Positions 35,679 through 46,597 of a stretch of 64,000 nt of DNA are shown in pieces. The stretch covers positions 36,551 to 100,550 of the forward strand of contig CAVQUL010000008.1 in the NCBI GenBank assembly GCA_963716885.1, given 5' to 3'. Origin of the DNA: an uncultured Chitinophagaceae bacterium. Its GTDB lineage: Bacteria; Bacteroidota; Bacteroidia; Chitinophagales; Chitinophagaceae. The position numbers and the translations under genes are program-made. The stretch's first letter is position 1. Each line of letters starts with the position of its first letter. The notes beneath the pieces are model-generated. The model was given only the letters and a program-made list of their open reading frames with translations, did not search any database and was not told where the DNA came from.

Positions 35679-36506
35679 TTACCTGACTTTATAGTTTTTA
35701 GGAATTGAAAATGTATATTTTAACGGCTCGTTAAAATTGAATTCTTTAAAATCTAAATTAACTTTAAGTTTTGCTTTTTCTGAAACAGAAATACTTCTTG
35801 TTTGTGAGAAATAAAAGTTATTTGAGGAGATATAATCTGATAAAGTAATATCGCAAGTTCTATTCCTATTGATATTAATATCATCTAATTTACTGTGGCT
35901 AATGAGAAAATTGTTGTTATCAATGGTTAATAAATTTTTGAATACAGAACCAATAATCAAAACAATCAATTTATCGTCACTACTATTTTTATAAGATACG
36001 ATATTACTATCCATAAAAATGGGGTTGCCCAGAATTAAATTTTGTAAGGTGTTATAAGTAAAAGGAATTTGTGTAACTTCTTGTAAATATGAAATAGCTC
36101 TTTTTTGTACATATTTATCTTGAACTTTATTTACAATTGTGATACTATCCATAGTAATTTTTGCTTGCATACCAATAATTCCCAAAAAGCCTTTAATCTG
36201 CAAATAAATCACACTATCTTTTAATACACTTATATAAGCAGTTACATTTTGTGACTCCTCTAAAGAAGAATAGTCAGCTTTTATTTTAGCATTGAAAGTA
36301 AAAAAATCAATATTATGATGTAACACTTTACTCATAATTTCTTTTACAATGTTAACAGAGTCAACTATGGGTTCTGCTTTTATATTTACAACCTGAACAG
36401 TATCCTTTTTTTCAATTGCAGTAGCAATGGGTGTAACCATTTTTCTTGGTCTGCAAGACACAATAACTAAACAAGGTATTACTAATAATATTAAAACTTT
36501 TTTCAT
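35679..36506 (-). CDS. DUF4292-family lipoprotein (LolB-like fold)
   Basis: Lipobox (VIVSC). Position between dut and the M23 peptidase is typical of Bacteroidota DUF4292 genes. Confidence 0.55.
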   Translation of the reverse strand: MKKVLILLVIPCLVIVSCRPRKMVTPIATAIEKKDTVQVVNIKAEPIVDSVNIVKEIMSKVLHHNIDFFTFNAKIKADYSSLEESQNVTAYISVLKDSVIYLQIKGFLGIIGMQAKITMDSITIVNKVQDKYVQKRAISYLQEVTQIPFTYNTLQNLILGNPIFMDSNIVSYKNSSDDKLIVLIIGSVFKNLLTIDNNNFLISHSKLDDININRNRTCDITLSDYISSNNFYFSQTRSISVSEKAKLKVNLDFKEFNFNEPLKYTFSIPKNYKVR

Positions 36507-36518
36507 GTTGATGCTTGT

Positions 36519-36959
36519 TTATATTCCTGTGTGTCCAAATCCTCCAAGACCTCTTGTAGTATTATCTAATACTTCTACTTGAATAAATTCTATTTGTTCA
36601 ATTTTCTGAAAAACAATTTGTGCAATTCTATCTCCATTATTTATTATTACTTTCTCATTCGAAAGATTAATTAAAATCACTTTAATCTCGCCTCTATAAT
36701 CTGCATCAATTGTTCCAGGAGAGTTTAAGCAAACTAAACCTTGTTTAATAGCTAAACCACTTCTCGATCTTACTTGGGCTTCATAACCTATTGGAATTTC
36801 TAAAAATAATCCAGTAGGTACTAGTGTTCTTTCTAAAGTTCCTAGTTCAATTGTATTTTCTATAAATGCTTTTAAATCAAGTCCTGAAGATCCTAAAGTT
36901 TCATACTTTGGTAAAGAATGAATGGATTGATTGATAACCTTTATGACTATTTTTTGCAT
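36519..36959 (-). CDS. dut: dUTP diphosphatase
   Basis: SSGLDL, RSRSGLA, GTIDADYRGE, GGFGHTG motifs. Confidence 0.95.
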   Translation of the reverse strand: MQKIVIKVINQSIHSLPKYETLGSSGLDLKAFIENTIELGTLERTLVPTGLFLEIPIGYEAQVRSRSGLAIKQGLVCLNSPGTIDADYRGEIKVILINLSNEKVIINNGDRIAQIVFQKIEQIEFIQVEVLDNTTRGLGGFGHTGI

Positions 36960-37019
36960 TGCAGCAAAGTTATGGGTATCAAATATTAAGCTTTTTGTAA
37001 AAAATGCTAATTTTATTGC

Positions 37020-37376
37020 ATGGCTTATAATTTAAAATTGGCTCAACGTTTACGAGAATCTTTAATTGATTTAAAAAATATTGAAGAAAGAAATATGTTT
37101 GGAGGCATTTGTTTTATGCTGAATGATAAAATGTGTATTGGTATAAGTAATGATGACTTGATGTGCAGATTTAACCCAGAAATTACTGAAGAAGTTATGC
37201 ATAAAAAAGGAGCTAGGCCAATGGATTTTACAAATAGAGTAATGAAAGGATTTGTGTTTGTGGACGAATCTGGCTATCAGAAAAAAAATGATTTAGAATA
37301 TTGGATAAAAATTTCAGTAGAATATAATGCTATAGCAAAAAAATCTCCAAAAAAGAAATCAAAACATGCAAAGTGA
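37020..37376 (+). CDS. TfoX/Sxy N-terminal-domain protein
   Basis: LAQRLRESL...NMFGGICFMLNDKMCIGI pattern of TfoX_N. Confidence 0.6.
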   Translation: MAYNLKLAQRLRESLIDLKNIEERNMFGGICFMLNDKMCIGISNDDLMCRFNPEITEEVMHKKGARPMDFTNRVMKGFVFVDESGYQKKNDLEYWIKISVEYNAIAKKSPKKKSKHAK

Positions 37377-37836
37377 ACATCAATATTCAGTAAAAATTAA
37401 TTGGACAGGCAATCTTGGTGATGGCACAAAAGACTATGCTGCTTATTCAAGAAACTATATTATATCAACCAAGAATAAAGTAAATATTCAAGCTTCTTCA
37501 GATACAATTTTTAGAGGCGATGCAGATAAATACAACCCAGAAGAACTTTTTCTGGCTTCCATTTCAAGTTGTCATATGCTCTGGTATTTGCATCTATGTT
37601 CAGATGCTGGAATTATTGTAACAGATTATACTGATGATCCAAAAGGAATTTTAGATTTAAAAAAGAATAATGGATGTTTTACTTCTGTCACTTTGCATCC
37701 TAAAGTTACAATTACTGATATCAATCAAATTTCACTAGCAGAAGCTTTGCATTCAGAAGCCAATAAAAAATGTTTTATTGCCAATTCTTGCAATTTTACA
37801 ATTCATCATATTCCAAAAATTGAAGTAAAAAAATAG
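37366..37836 (+). CDS. OsmC-family protein
   Basis: PEELFLASISSCHML and ...KCFIANS motifs (two conserved Cys). Overlaps tfoX-like by 11 nt. Confidence 0.7.
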   Translation: MQSEHQYSVKINWTGNLGDGTKDYAAYSRNYIISTKNKVNIQASSDTIFRGDADKYNPEELFLASISSCHMLWYLHLCSDAGIIVTDYTDDPKGILDLKKNNGCFTSVTLHPKVTITDINQISLAEALHSEANKKCFIANSCNFTIHHIPKIEVKK

Positions 37837-37900
37837 TCAAATTTTTTAGTTAATATTTTAAAATGTATATTGCTTTTTAATTAAGTTTAAATTTACAATT

Positions 37901-38317
37901 ATGATTAAGTTACAAGTTATAGGCAATCTTGGAAAAGATGCTGTAGTAAACACAGTTAACGGAAAAACTGTGATTAATTTTACTGTTGCTCATTCCGAAA
38001 AATACAAAGATGCACAAGGTAATCCAAAAGATAAAGTTACTTGGGTTGATTGTGCACATTGGACAGATAGAACAGCAGTTGCACCATATTTAAAAAAAGG
38101 AACACAGGTTTTTGTTGAAGGCACTCCAGATGTTAGAACTTATACAACACAAGATGGTAGAAATGGAGCAACACTTTCTTTACGAATTAATAGTGTTCAA
38201 TTATTAGGTTCTCGTAATGCTGATGGAAGTTCAAATGAAAATAATTCTGAAAGCAAATCAACAGAAACAATTAGTTCAAATACTGAGATGAATGATAATG
38301 ATGATTTGCCATTTTAA
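37901..38317 (+). CDS. ssb: Single-stranded DNA-binding protein
   Basis: OB-fold start MIKLQVIGNLGKDA, S/N-rich linker, C-terminal NDNDDLPF tip. Confidence 0.9.
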   Translation: MIKLQVIGNLGKDAVVNTVNGKTVINFTVAHSEKYKDAQGNPKDKVTWVDCAHWTDRTAVAPYLKKGTQVFVEGTPDVRTYTTQDGRNGATLSLRINSVQLLGSRNADGSSNENNSESKSTETISSNTEMNDNDDLPF

Positions 38318-38336
38318 TTGATGTTTTTTTTGTTTC

Positions 38337-38426
38337 TACAAAGTTTCTCTTTCCTTCACAACGTCCTCTCAAAAGCAAGGTAAGGTAGCAAAAGGAACTT
38401 TGTTATGAAAGATATTTGTGAAAAAA
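38337..38426. repeat. Left-end repeat copy E1 (degenerate hairpin arm plus tail)
   Basis: TTCCTTCACAACGTCC (38351-38366) matches the arm of the right-end hairpins. Tail AGCAAAAGGAACTTTGTTATGAAAGATATTTGTGAAAAAA (38387-38426) is ~70% identical to 42133-42168. ACAAAGTTTC (38338-38347) can pair with GAACTTTGT (38395-38403). Confidence 0.6.
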
Positions 38427-38452
38427 TATTTTTAAAAAAATAGTAACAATTG

Positions 38453-38495
38453 AAATGTACGTAGTTTTTAAACAATACAAAATGTACGTAGTTTT
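38453..38495 (+). promoter_or_regulatory. Perfect 16-bp direct repeat AAATGTACGTAGTTTT x2 (palindromic TACGTA core) upstream of the island's first gene
   Basis: Copies at 38453-38468 and 38480-38495, start-to-start spacing 27 bp, ~115-155 bp upstream of ATG 38610/38622. Confidence 0.4.
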
Positions 38496-38609
38496 AAAAT
38501 AAGTACAAATACATAAATTTGTTATGAAAATCAAATATTTATTTTAAAAAATTCAAAATATAGCAAACCAAAAACATGCGTATATTTAAGAGTTGGTGGC
38601 AATTAAGTT

Positions 38610-40718
38610 ATGCTAAAAATTATGAAACTAAAATTCACTTTCCTTACTATCCTGCTGATACCAGCATTACTTTTCGGGCAACCTAAAACCAAAATGTATG
38701 GCGATGGAAATACCAGTATAAAAATTAACGATTCGGCCAATTACCTGAGTAATGCGGACAGACGCATTTGGTTAGAGAATAGTGCACTGGCATTTAGTGC
38801 AAATGAAGAAGAGTTATATTTTCGTCATCCAACCGATAAGTATTTTCAGGTTTGGAGCGTTGCCCGCAAACAAAAGCTTTCGGAAATTACTTTTAACGAT
38901 GCAGGCAATACAGCTAAAGGCAGGATGATCATTGCCGCATTCCCAAATACAATTTATCAGGAAGATGAATATGCCAATTCTAAAATATGGCTTTCACCAG
39001 ATTTGTATGTAACCTTTAACAACCGAAATAATTTCACTATTTCAGAAGGGCAAAATCAATCAGAAAAATCTTTTACGCTTAAATTACGAAATAGCATTGA
39101 TGATAATTTTTCACCAGATTATAAGGACTATTACAAAAAGGGGAATCTCATAAATACAAGTTACCAATTGTATTACCACAAAATTTCTAATAAATTATTT
39201 ATCATTACCTATGCAGATCAGGTTGGTAAAATGAAACCAGTTTGGGGAAAAGATAAAGTCCCCTTTTTGATTCCTTATAATGGAATTTTTAGTTTTGATT
39301 TAGCAACCAATACACTTACGGTGCTAGCAGAAAATCCTCATTGTGCAAGCGGAAAGTATAATGGTCAAAAAGATAAATGGTATTTTTTTAACGACAAATT
39401 GATTAGAAGATATGTCAAAGAAGAAAATAACCTTTTTGCCAAATTCCATTTATCAACCTTAAATCAAAAAGATTTAATAGACGTCACTAAAGATAGAAAC
39501 CATTACAATAAAGAACCAGCTGGTTTTAAAAATCCAATAGCCGGCATCGACCTTCAGGAAAATTTATACTTTGTAAATCCTGCCAATAATCACATTGAAA
39601 TTTATTATTTTGATAAATCAAACATTGGGAAAGGAAATTTAGTAACCATTTTGCATTCCTCAAACAAACTAAATAATATAGTTTATAACATATACGAAAA
39701 TGATGATGTAGAACAAGTGTTTGCCAAGAATATCATAACAATTTCTCCATCTGGAAAAAATGTTGCTTACCTATGTTTAAATAACCGCACTGCGGTAGGA
39801 AATTACGCATCAATTATGATGTATAATGTGGACGAAAGTGACAAGGTTTATACACTAAATGACCAAACAAAATTTCAACCTTACATTTCCCATGGTTTTG
39901 TTACAAATAAAGAAAGTGAAGCACTTGCATTGGTTTGGCAAAAAAAAGTTGATGAAAAGGCAAGCAACAAGAAAACTCAAGATGAGGTTGCAAAACAAGA
40001 AAGGAAAAACCGATACACACCTCAGATAGTTGAATTAAAATCCCAGTATTTGGAATTGGTAAAAGAACGTGATGCAACTTTTAAAGAAGATATAGAACTT
40101 TATAAACTTGGAGATTTTAAAGCAGTTTTGGTTCGTAATATTTGGCTTGCAAAAGAAATATATAAGCCTTATTCTACTTCTCCATCATCACATTATTTTT
40201 ATGCTAAAGAAGAGGTTGCATTCAGGTATTCAAGCAATGGTGTTTATGCTATTATCAAAGAGATCTTAACATTTCCTGTATCCAAAAAAACAGACAAATA
40301 CCTTTTACTAACCGGCGACCCTGGATTTAATGATTGGTATGTTGAAGGGGTAACCAAAGGGGTTCAATATATAACTTCTAATTATGATGTTATACCAATT
40401 GAGGACTGGAAGGGAAATGAGTGTAGAACCAATACCGACCCTGTTGGTTTAAGTCAGGTGAAGGGGCAAGAGATTATCCAACAAGGGAAACTTTTTGAAA
40501 ATTTTAGTAAAATATATAGAGCTTGTTTATTGAAGGCTAAGTTTAAATTAACATTACTTGCAAACAATACTTTTATACTAACCGCAAATACAGCTACTGG
40601 TGCTAGATTTATACTCGAAATACCCGAAACCAGTCAGCAAATGAAACTTGATGGGAAAATGAGTGATTTAAGAAAGGAGATACAAAAATTAGAAGGTTTT
40701 ATTGAAAATGGAAATTGA
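38610..40718 (+). CDS. Secreted protein of unknown function (702 aa; possible beta-propeller-like repeats and coiled-coil segments)
   Basis: Long uninterrupted ORF. Signal peptide MKLKFTFLTILLIPALLFGQ (alternative start 38622). G+C-richer codon usage than neighbours. No motif I can assign. Confidence 0.7.
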   Translation: MLKIMKLKFTFLTILLIPALLFGQPKTKMYGDGNTSIKINDSANYLSNADRRIWLENSALAFSANEEELYFRHPTDKYFQVWSVARKQKLSEITFNDAGNTAKGRMIIAAFPNTIYQEDEYANSKIWLSPDLYVTFNNRNNFTISEGQNQSEKSFTLKLRNSIDDNFSPDYKDYYKKGNLINTSYQLYYHKISNKLFIITYADQVGKMKPVWGKDKVPFLIPYNGIFSFDLATNTLTVLAENPHCASGKYNGQKDKWYFFNDKLIRRYVKEENNLFAKFHLSTLNQKDLIDVTKDRNHYNKEPAGFKNPIAGIDLQENLYFVNPANNHIEIYYFDKSNIGKGNLVTILHSSNKLNNIVYNIYENDDVEQVFAKNIITISPSGKNVAYLCLNNRTAVGNYASIMMYNVDESDKVYTLNDQTKFQPYISHGFVTNKESEALALVWQKKVDEKASNKKTQDEVAKQERKNRYTPQIVELKSQYLELVKERDATFKEDIELYKLGDFKAVLVRNIWLAKEIYKPYSTSPSSHYFYAKEEVAFRYSSNGVYAIIKEILTFPVSKKTDKYLLLTGDPGFNDWYVEGVTKGVQYITSNYDVIPIEDWKGNECRTNTDPVGLSQVKGQEIIQQGKLFENFSKIYRACLLKAKFKLTLLANNTFILTANTATGARFILEIPETSQQMKLDGKMSDLRKEIQKLEGFIENGN

Positions 40719-40770
40719 TATATTAAGGTAAGGATAAGGATATGGTTGACGAGATAACTGCCACCAACAT

Positions 40771-40946
40771 GGGGTTTTATGCAAGTTGGGCTTGACAAAT
40801 TTAGCTTCAGCAAATTGCAAAGCCGAGCTTTAGTTCGGGCTGGACAAACATCGCTGGGCTTTAGTTCTTAACTTCATCAATATATTTTCAATCAGCAGCG
40901 GTTGTCGGGCGGACGGAATACTATTTCCCAACCTGCATAAAGCCCT
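40771..40946 (+). ncRNA. Candidate structured RNA (or MITE-like element) closed by a 20-bp helix
   Basis: 40771-40790 pairs with 40927-40946 (17 Watson-Crick, 2 G-U, 1 mismatch on the + strand). Inner helix 40843-40856 / 40896-40906. Tandem half-repeats at 40788-40836 and 40837-40867. ~45% G+C. No ORF of 60 aa or more. Confidence 0.3.
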
Positions 40947-40995
40947 GCCCGTTATGCCGCAATGCTATGACGACACTAAAACTAACTTCAAATAA

Positions 40996-41876
40996 ATGGC
41001 AAAGCCGTTAGAAAATATAACGAAAGAGTATCCAAAACGTCGACCATTAAGTCAGTTTCGTTTTGAGAAATCAATTTCCTTTAACTGCTTTCGGTGCGGA
41101 CAATCAAAAACTTCCAACTAATTACAACATGTAATAATGACTGGAACAAAAGATTATGTAACGGTTGTTATGGACGTTTGCTATCAATTTATGACATCAA
41201 AGCTGGACAGACTGGAATAGATGAAAAAGTTGAGCAACTTCTAGAAGTTCTAATTAAGTTGGTTGACGATAGCAAACTAAGAGAGCAATCCACAAAAATT
41301 AATCTGCAATCTAACCGAGCTAAATTTCTAACTCCGACAACTATGAGATTTTTTGCAACGTCCGAGTGTGTTGCAGAGACATTAACAAAAGAACCCAACC
41401 TTGACTGGTCGCCTGCAATAATAGGGTTATGCAAAGCATTTGAATTGGAACTAGTTGAAAGACTTATTAATCCACTAAAAGATTATTGTCAAGAAGTTAG
41501 TTTTTCTGAACAAGATTTAAAAGACAAGGACTTTGGCAAAATTGCCAACTATTGTTCTGGAAAGCCAATGAAATCGCCTGAACTTGGTGTTATAAATCAC
41601 TTTATATCGACAGCAGTTAATAGCAAAGAACGTCTTGAGACCAGCAATTTTTTAAAGTTAGGATTTAAAGGTTTTCTAAGTAAACTGCCAAATCATAATT
41701 GGATAATTGACAAAAGCGGATTGAGTAGTGGAATTCAAGCCCTAACGACTAATTATAGAAATAAAGCGGCACATACTGATGAACTTGAAGAACAGGATTA
41801 TCAAAAATGTAAAGACCTCGTTTTCGGTGACAGCGGAATTATTTGGGATTTGATTTTAAGTTCTGAAAGAAAATAA
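40996..41876 (+). pseudogene. Zinc-ribbon + HEPN-like (R-x4-H) protein; frame broken once at an A5 run
   Basis: ATG 40996 opens 41 codons (...SFNCFRCGQSKTSN*). ORF 41094-41876 continues in another frame. One extra A in 41106-41110 joins them (CFRCGQSKNFQLITTCNNDWNKRLCNGC). RNKAAH lies at 41757-41774. Confidence 0.6.
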
Positions 41877-41914
41877 ACTGATGAGAACAGAAGCACATAC
41901 CGATAACTTCTTCC

Positions 41915-41963
41915 CCACAACGTCTCCTTAAAAGGCTTGAGTGTTAGCTAAGGGACGTTGTGG
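41915..41963. repeat. Bulged palindromic element H2
   Basis: CCACAACGTC-T-CCTT (41915-41929) pairs with AAGGGACGTTGTGG (41950-41963): 14 bp, one bulged T, 20-nt loop. Confidence 0.7.
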
Positions 41964-42054
41964 TAATGGTTAGTATAGTAGCTTAAAAATTTATATTTGC
42001 TTAATGCGAGTAAGCCGAAATGTAAAAAAATGATGTTTGCAAAACAATAAAAAA

Positions 42055-42168
42055 CACAACGTCCCTTGGCTTACACACAAAATGCTTGGAAAGGAGACGT
42101 TGTGGCGAAGGAATCTAAAAGGTATATGAAATAGCAAAGGGACTTTCATGAGAAAAATATGTGAAAAC
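42055..42168. repeat. Bulged palindromic element H3 (inverted relative to H2) plus tail homologous to E1
   Basis: CACAACGTCCCTT (42055-42067) pairs with AAGG-A-GACGTTGTG (42091-42104): 13 bp with a bulged A, the mirror of H2. Tail AGCAAAGGGACTTTCATGAGAAAAATATGTGAAAAC is at 42133-42168. Confidence 0.7.
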
Positions 42169-42263
42169 TTATATTGAAAATCAAAGTTTTCAACAAACCA
42201 CCTGCTAATCCTCTAACAGAATTAATAAAATTATCTTTATTTGCCGAGTTTAATTTATTAGTG

Positions 42264-43049
42264 ATGTTCGAGTTTCATGCAGATAGAAAAAAATATTTTG
42301 ATATACAAGTTCAAAATGCACAGGAACATGTTTTGCCTTTTATTCAAAATGTAAAGTCAATTGTTTCTGGAATGAGAGTTTTAGAAATTGGTTGTGGAGA
42401 AGCTGGTGTTTTAAAACCTTTTTTAGATTTAGGTTGTACAGCAGTTGGTGTAGAATTTGATACTATTCGTTTTAATTTACCCAATGAAATATTAAAAGAT
42501 TATATTTCAAAAGGACAATTAAAATTAATAGGTAAGGATATTTTTAAAGTTGATGTAGAAACTGAGTTGGGAGGAAAGTTTGATATTATTATTCTGAAAG
42601 ATGTAATTGAACATATACACGATCAACCAAAACTGATTGCAGATTTAAAATCTTTTCTTACACCAAATGGTTGTATTTTCTTTGGATTTCCTCCTTGGCA
42701 AATGCCATTTGGTGGTCATCAGCAACTGAATAAAAATAAAATTTTAGGAGCATTGCCTTATTATCATTTATTGCCAAGAAAAGTTTATGAATGGATAATT
42801 AAGACAGGTAAAGGTCCAGTTGATGAACTCATGGAAATTAGAGATACAAAAATTTCAATTGAAGATTTTGAAAGCATTGCAAACAATTGTGGATACAATA
42901 TCATCAACAAAAAACATTATTTAGTTAATCCTATTTATCAATACAAGTTTGGTTTAAAAGCTAGAACACAGTTTTCAATCATTACAAAAATTCCTTGGTT
43001 CAGAAATTTTGTAACTACTTGTGTGTATTATTTAATACAACCAAATTGA
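42264..43049 (+). CDS. Class I SAM-dependent methyltransferase
   Basis: VLEIGCGEAGVL motif I and IIILKDVIEH. ATG 42264 is preferred over the TTG at 42174 used by the ORF track. Confidence 0.75.
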   Translation: MFEFHADRKKYFDIQVQNAQEHVLPFIQNVKSIVSGMRVLEIGCGEAGVLKPFLDLGCTAVGVEFDTIRFNLPNEILKDYISKGQLKLIGKDIFKVDVETELGGKFDIIILKDVIEHIHDQPKLIADLKSFLTPNGCIFFGFPPWQMPFGGHQQLNKNKILGALPYYHLLPRKVYEWIIKTGKGPVDELMEIRDTKISIEDFESIANNCGYNIINKKHYLVNPIYQYKFGLKARTQFSIITKIPWFRNFVTTCVYYLIQPN

Positions 43050-43140
43050 TTTACGATTTTAGATTTACGAAGTGCGATTTAACATATGATTATTAAGTAT
43101 GATTATTTTTATTTTTTATTTTTAACTTTTTACTTTATTT

Positions 43141-43953
43141 ATGATTCATATTGTATTTGAAAAAGCGAGTGTAGGTGTATTGCAAAAAACTATTGAACTT
43201 GATGAAAGTTTGGCAGGAGAAATTATTGAAATAAAAGACGATTATGCAGTTGGTCCAATTGAAAATATTTTTGAAGTTGAAGGCTATCAACAAAGACGAG
43301 ATTGGTGGAAAGAAATTATTAAAAATTCTACTTATGAAAACCAATTAGATATTGTTGATGACAAACTTACCATTCATCAACTCATTAAAAATCTTACAGA
43401 AAATGAAGAAGAAACTGCATGGATTTGGGTTGCACAAAATACACATGATGTTTGTGGATATTATTGGTTAATGAGTCAGCTTAAAGATTTTCAAGGTAGA
43501 GTAGAAGTATTGTTTTTAAACAATCTTCCTTTTATCAACGAAAAAGGTCTAATATTCTATCCTGAATACTTACATGAAATTCAACCAAAAGAATTTATAA
43601 AAGCAAAAAAATTAGCTAGAACCATAACCCCAAGTGAATTTGAAATAGACCCTGACGAATGGAAAAAGTTATGTGCAGAAAATAATATATTAAGGATTTT
43701 AGAAGGAGGTAAAAAAGTGGTTGGTAAACCTAGTAATTATTTTGACAAACAAATTCTAGAAATGATTTCTTCAGAATTTCAAAAGCTCTCTAAAATTATT
43801 CAACAGATTTTAAGTAAGTCGAAACTCAATATTAGTGATACTTTCATTGTTTTTAGAATTAAAGAAATGATTAATGCTGAACAATTGGTAATGCTTGGAG
43901 ATTGGGAAAAAGGTTGGAAAGAAATTGAAATTAAATTATCAGTAACTATTTAA
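43141..43953 (+). CDS. DUF1835/DUF3658-like protein
   Basis: MIHIVFEKASVGVLQ... start and length are typical of DUF1835-family proteins. Function unknown. Confidence 0.5.
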   Translation: MIHIVFEKASVGVLQKTIELDESLAGEIIEIKDDYAVGPIENIFEVEGYQQRRDWWKEIIKNSTYENQLDIVDDKLTIHQLIKNLTENEEETAWIWVAQNTHDVCGYYWLMSQLKDFQGRVEVLFLNNLPFINEKGLIFYPEYLHEIQPKEFIKAKKLARTITPSEFEIDPDEWKKLCAENNILRILEGGKKVVGKPSNYFDKQILEMISSEFQKLSKIIQQILSKSKLNISDTFIVFRIKEMINAEQLVMLGDWEKGWKEIEIKLSVTI

Positions 43954-43979
43954 AGTTTCAATTAAAGTAGAAAAAAATT

Positions 43980-46495
43980 ATGGAAGATTATACAGACGAT
44001 AATACCTCAAATCATATTGGAGTTAAAGACCAATACAAAACTTGGTTTTTAGATTATGCATCATATGTAATTCTTGAACGTGCTGTACCAGCTTTGGAAG
44101 ATGGTTTAAAACCTGTGCAAAGAAGAATTTTGCATGCCATGAAAGAAATGGATGATGGAAGATATAATAAAGTGGCAAATATTATTGGTCAAATCAATGC
44201 AATACCATCCTCATGGTGATGCTTCTATTGGAGATGCTTTGGTGAATATGGGACAAAAAGATTTACTAATAGATACACAAGGAAATTGGGGAGATGTTAG
44301 AACTGGTGATGATGCAGCTGCTCCAAGATATATTGAAGCAAGACTAAGCAAATTTGCTATACGATGTTGCTTTTAACAACAAAACTACTCATTGGCAATT
44401 GAGTTATGATGGTAGAAAAAAAGAACCGATTACATTGCCAATGAAATTCCCAATGCTTTTAGCTCAAGGTGCTGAAGGCATTGCTGTTGGTCTTTCTACT
44501 AAAATTTTGCCACACAACTTTTGTGAACTTATTGATGCTTCAATAAAATATTTAAAAGGCAAAAAGTTTGAATTATTTCCAGATTTTCAAACTGGAGGTA
44601 TGATTGATGTTACCAACTACAATGATGGACATAGAGGTGGCAAAGTAAAAGTTCGTTGTTTAATAGAAGAGTTTGATAAAAAGAGTTTGGTAATTCGTGA
44701 TGTGCCATTTGGAGTTACTGTAACTCAACTTTGTGAAAGCATTACAAAAGCTAATGATTCAGGAAAAATCAAGATTAAAAAAGTAACGGAATTTACAGGT
44801 AAAAATGTTGAAGTTTTAATTGAATTAGCAGCAGGAATTTCTCCTGATATTACAATTGATGCATTATATGCATTTACTGATTGTGAGGTCAGTATTTCTC
44901 CAAATGCTTGTGTCATTGAATCACAAAAACCAAATTTTGCAAACGTTTCACATTTATTAAAATCATCTGTAGATAATTCAAAAGAATTATTAAAACGTGA
45001 GTTAGAAATTAAGTTAAGTGAACTTGAAGAAAAATGGCATTATACATCTTTAGAAAAAATATTCTTCGAAGAAAAAATATATAAAGAACTCGAAAAGAAG
45101 CATGAAACTTGGGAAAAAGTAATTCAAGCAATCGACAAAGGATTTGAGCCATTCAAAAAACAATTAAAAAGAGCAGTTACAAGAGAAGATATTTTAAAAC
45201 TTACAGAAAAACCTGTTCGAAGAATTTATAAACTAGATATTGATGAACTCAATGAACAAATTAAAAATATTGAGACTGACATCAAACAAGTAAAATACGA
45301 TTTAGATCATTTAGTTGAATATACTATTAGCTATTATGAAACTTTATTGAAGAAGTATGGCAAAGGAAAAGAAAGAAAAACTGAAATAAAACTATTCGAT
45401 ACTATTAAAATTCAACAAGTTGCCATTGCTAATACAAAGTTGTATGTGAATAGAGAAGAGGGTTTTGTTGGAACATCATTAAAGAAAGATGAATTTTTAT
45501 TTGATTGTAGTGATATAGATGATATTGTCGTTTTTACAAAACGAGGGATTATGAAAGTTGTAAGGGTGGGCGATAAATCCTTTATTGGTAAAGACATTAT
45601 TCATGCTGCAATCTTTGATAAGAATGATGATAGAACAACATATAACATGATTTATGTTGATGGAAAATCAGCAGTGAGTTATGCAAAAAGATTTAATGTA
45701 ACCAGCATTACGAGAGAAAAGGAATATGATTTGACCAAGGGCTCAGATAAAAGTAAAGTTCATTATTTCACAGAGAATCCTAATGGTGAAACAGAAGTGT
45801 TGAAAATTATTTTAAGTCCGAATTGTTCTGCACGAAATAAAGAATTAGAATATTATTTCGAAGAATTAGAAATTAAAGGAAGAAGTTCCCAAGGAAATAT
45901 TGTAACGAAATATCCTATTAAAACTGTTAAGTATAAAGAAGCAGGAAGAAGTACTTTAGCCAGTAGAAAAATTTGGCTTGACGAACAATTTGGACGTTTA
46001 AATGTTGATGAGAAAGGTAGATTACTTGGTTCTTTTGAAGGAGATGATAAATTACTAGTTGTTTATAAAGATGGTAATTATGAAATTACAGATTTAGAAT
46101 TAACTCAAAGATTTGATGCAGATGAAATCAAATTAATTGAAAGATATGATGCAGAAAAAATTGTAACTGTAGTTTATCATGATGTTGATAAATCTCAGTT
46201 CACAGTTAAACGATTTAAAATTGAAACATCAACTCTTAAAACAAAATATTCTTGTATTAAGGAAGGAAATGGGAATTATATTGTTGCTGTTTCAACACTT
46301 GCAGAACCAATTTTGGCTGTACAACAAGGTAAAGGTGAACAAGTACGAAATGGCAAATTAAAGATTGCAAAAATTGTTGATGTAATGGGCTGGAAAGCTA
46401 TTGGAGCAAAGCTTTTAGACTATAACAAAACTGTGTTAATGCATTGGGAAGAAAAACCAAAAGATGAAAATGCACCACCTGAACTTTTTGAATAG
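43980..46495 (+). pseudogene. parC: DNA topoisomerase IV subunit A (type IIA topoisomerase A subunit); frame broken twice
   Basis: LKPVQRRILHAM and [10 protein letters not shown]. Three consecutive ORFs. One A fewer in the A3 run 44191-44193 restores [11 protein letters not shown]. Second break near 44360. Confidence 0.85.
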
Positions 46496-46597
46496 CTTAA
46501 CGTTTAACATATATTTTGTAATAAAATTTACCGTTTATAGGTTATGTACTGAAACACATTATTGTAGAACCCTACTTTTGTAACACAAACTTTATTT

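Larger units (their letters stand above)
38318..42173 (+). other. Compositionally distinct accessory insertion (two genes plus a structured spacer) bracketed by related palindromic repeats
   Basis: Visibly higher G+C than the flanks: hand counts give 109/240 for 40741-40980 versus 17/60 for 43141-43200. Repeat copies sit at both ends. Core genes lie on both sides. No mobility gene seen. Confidence 0.55.
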
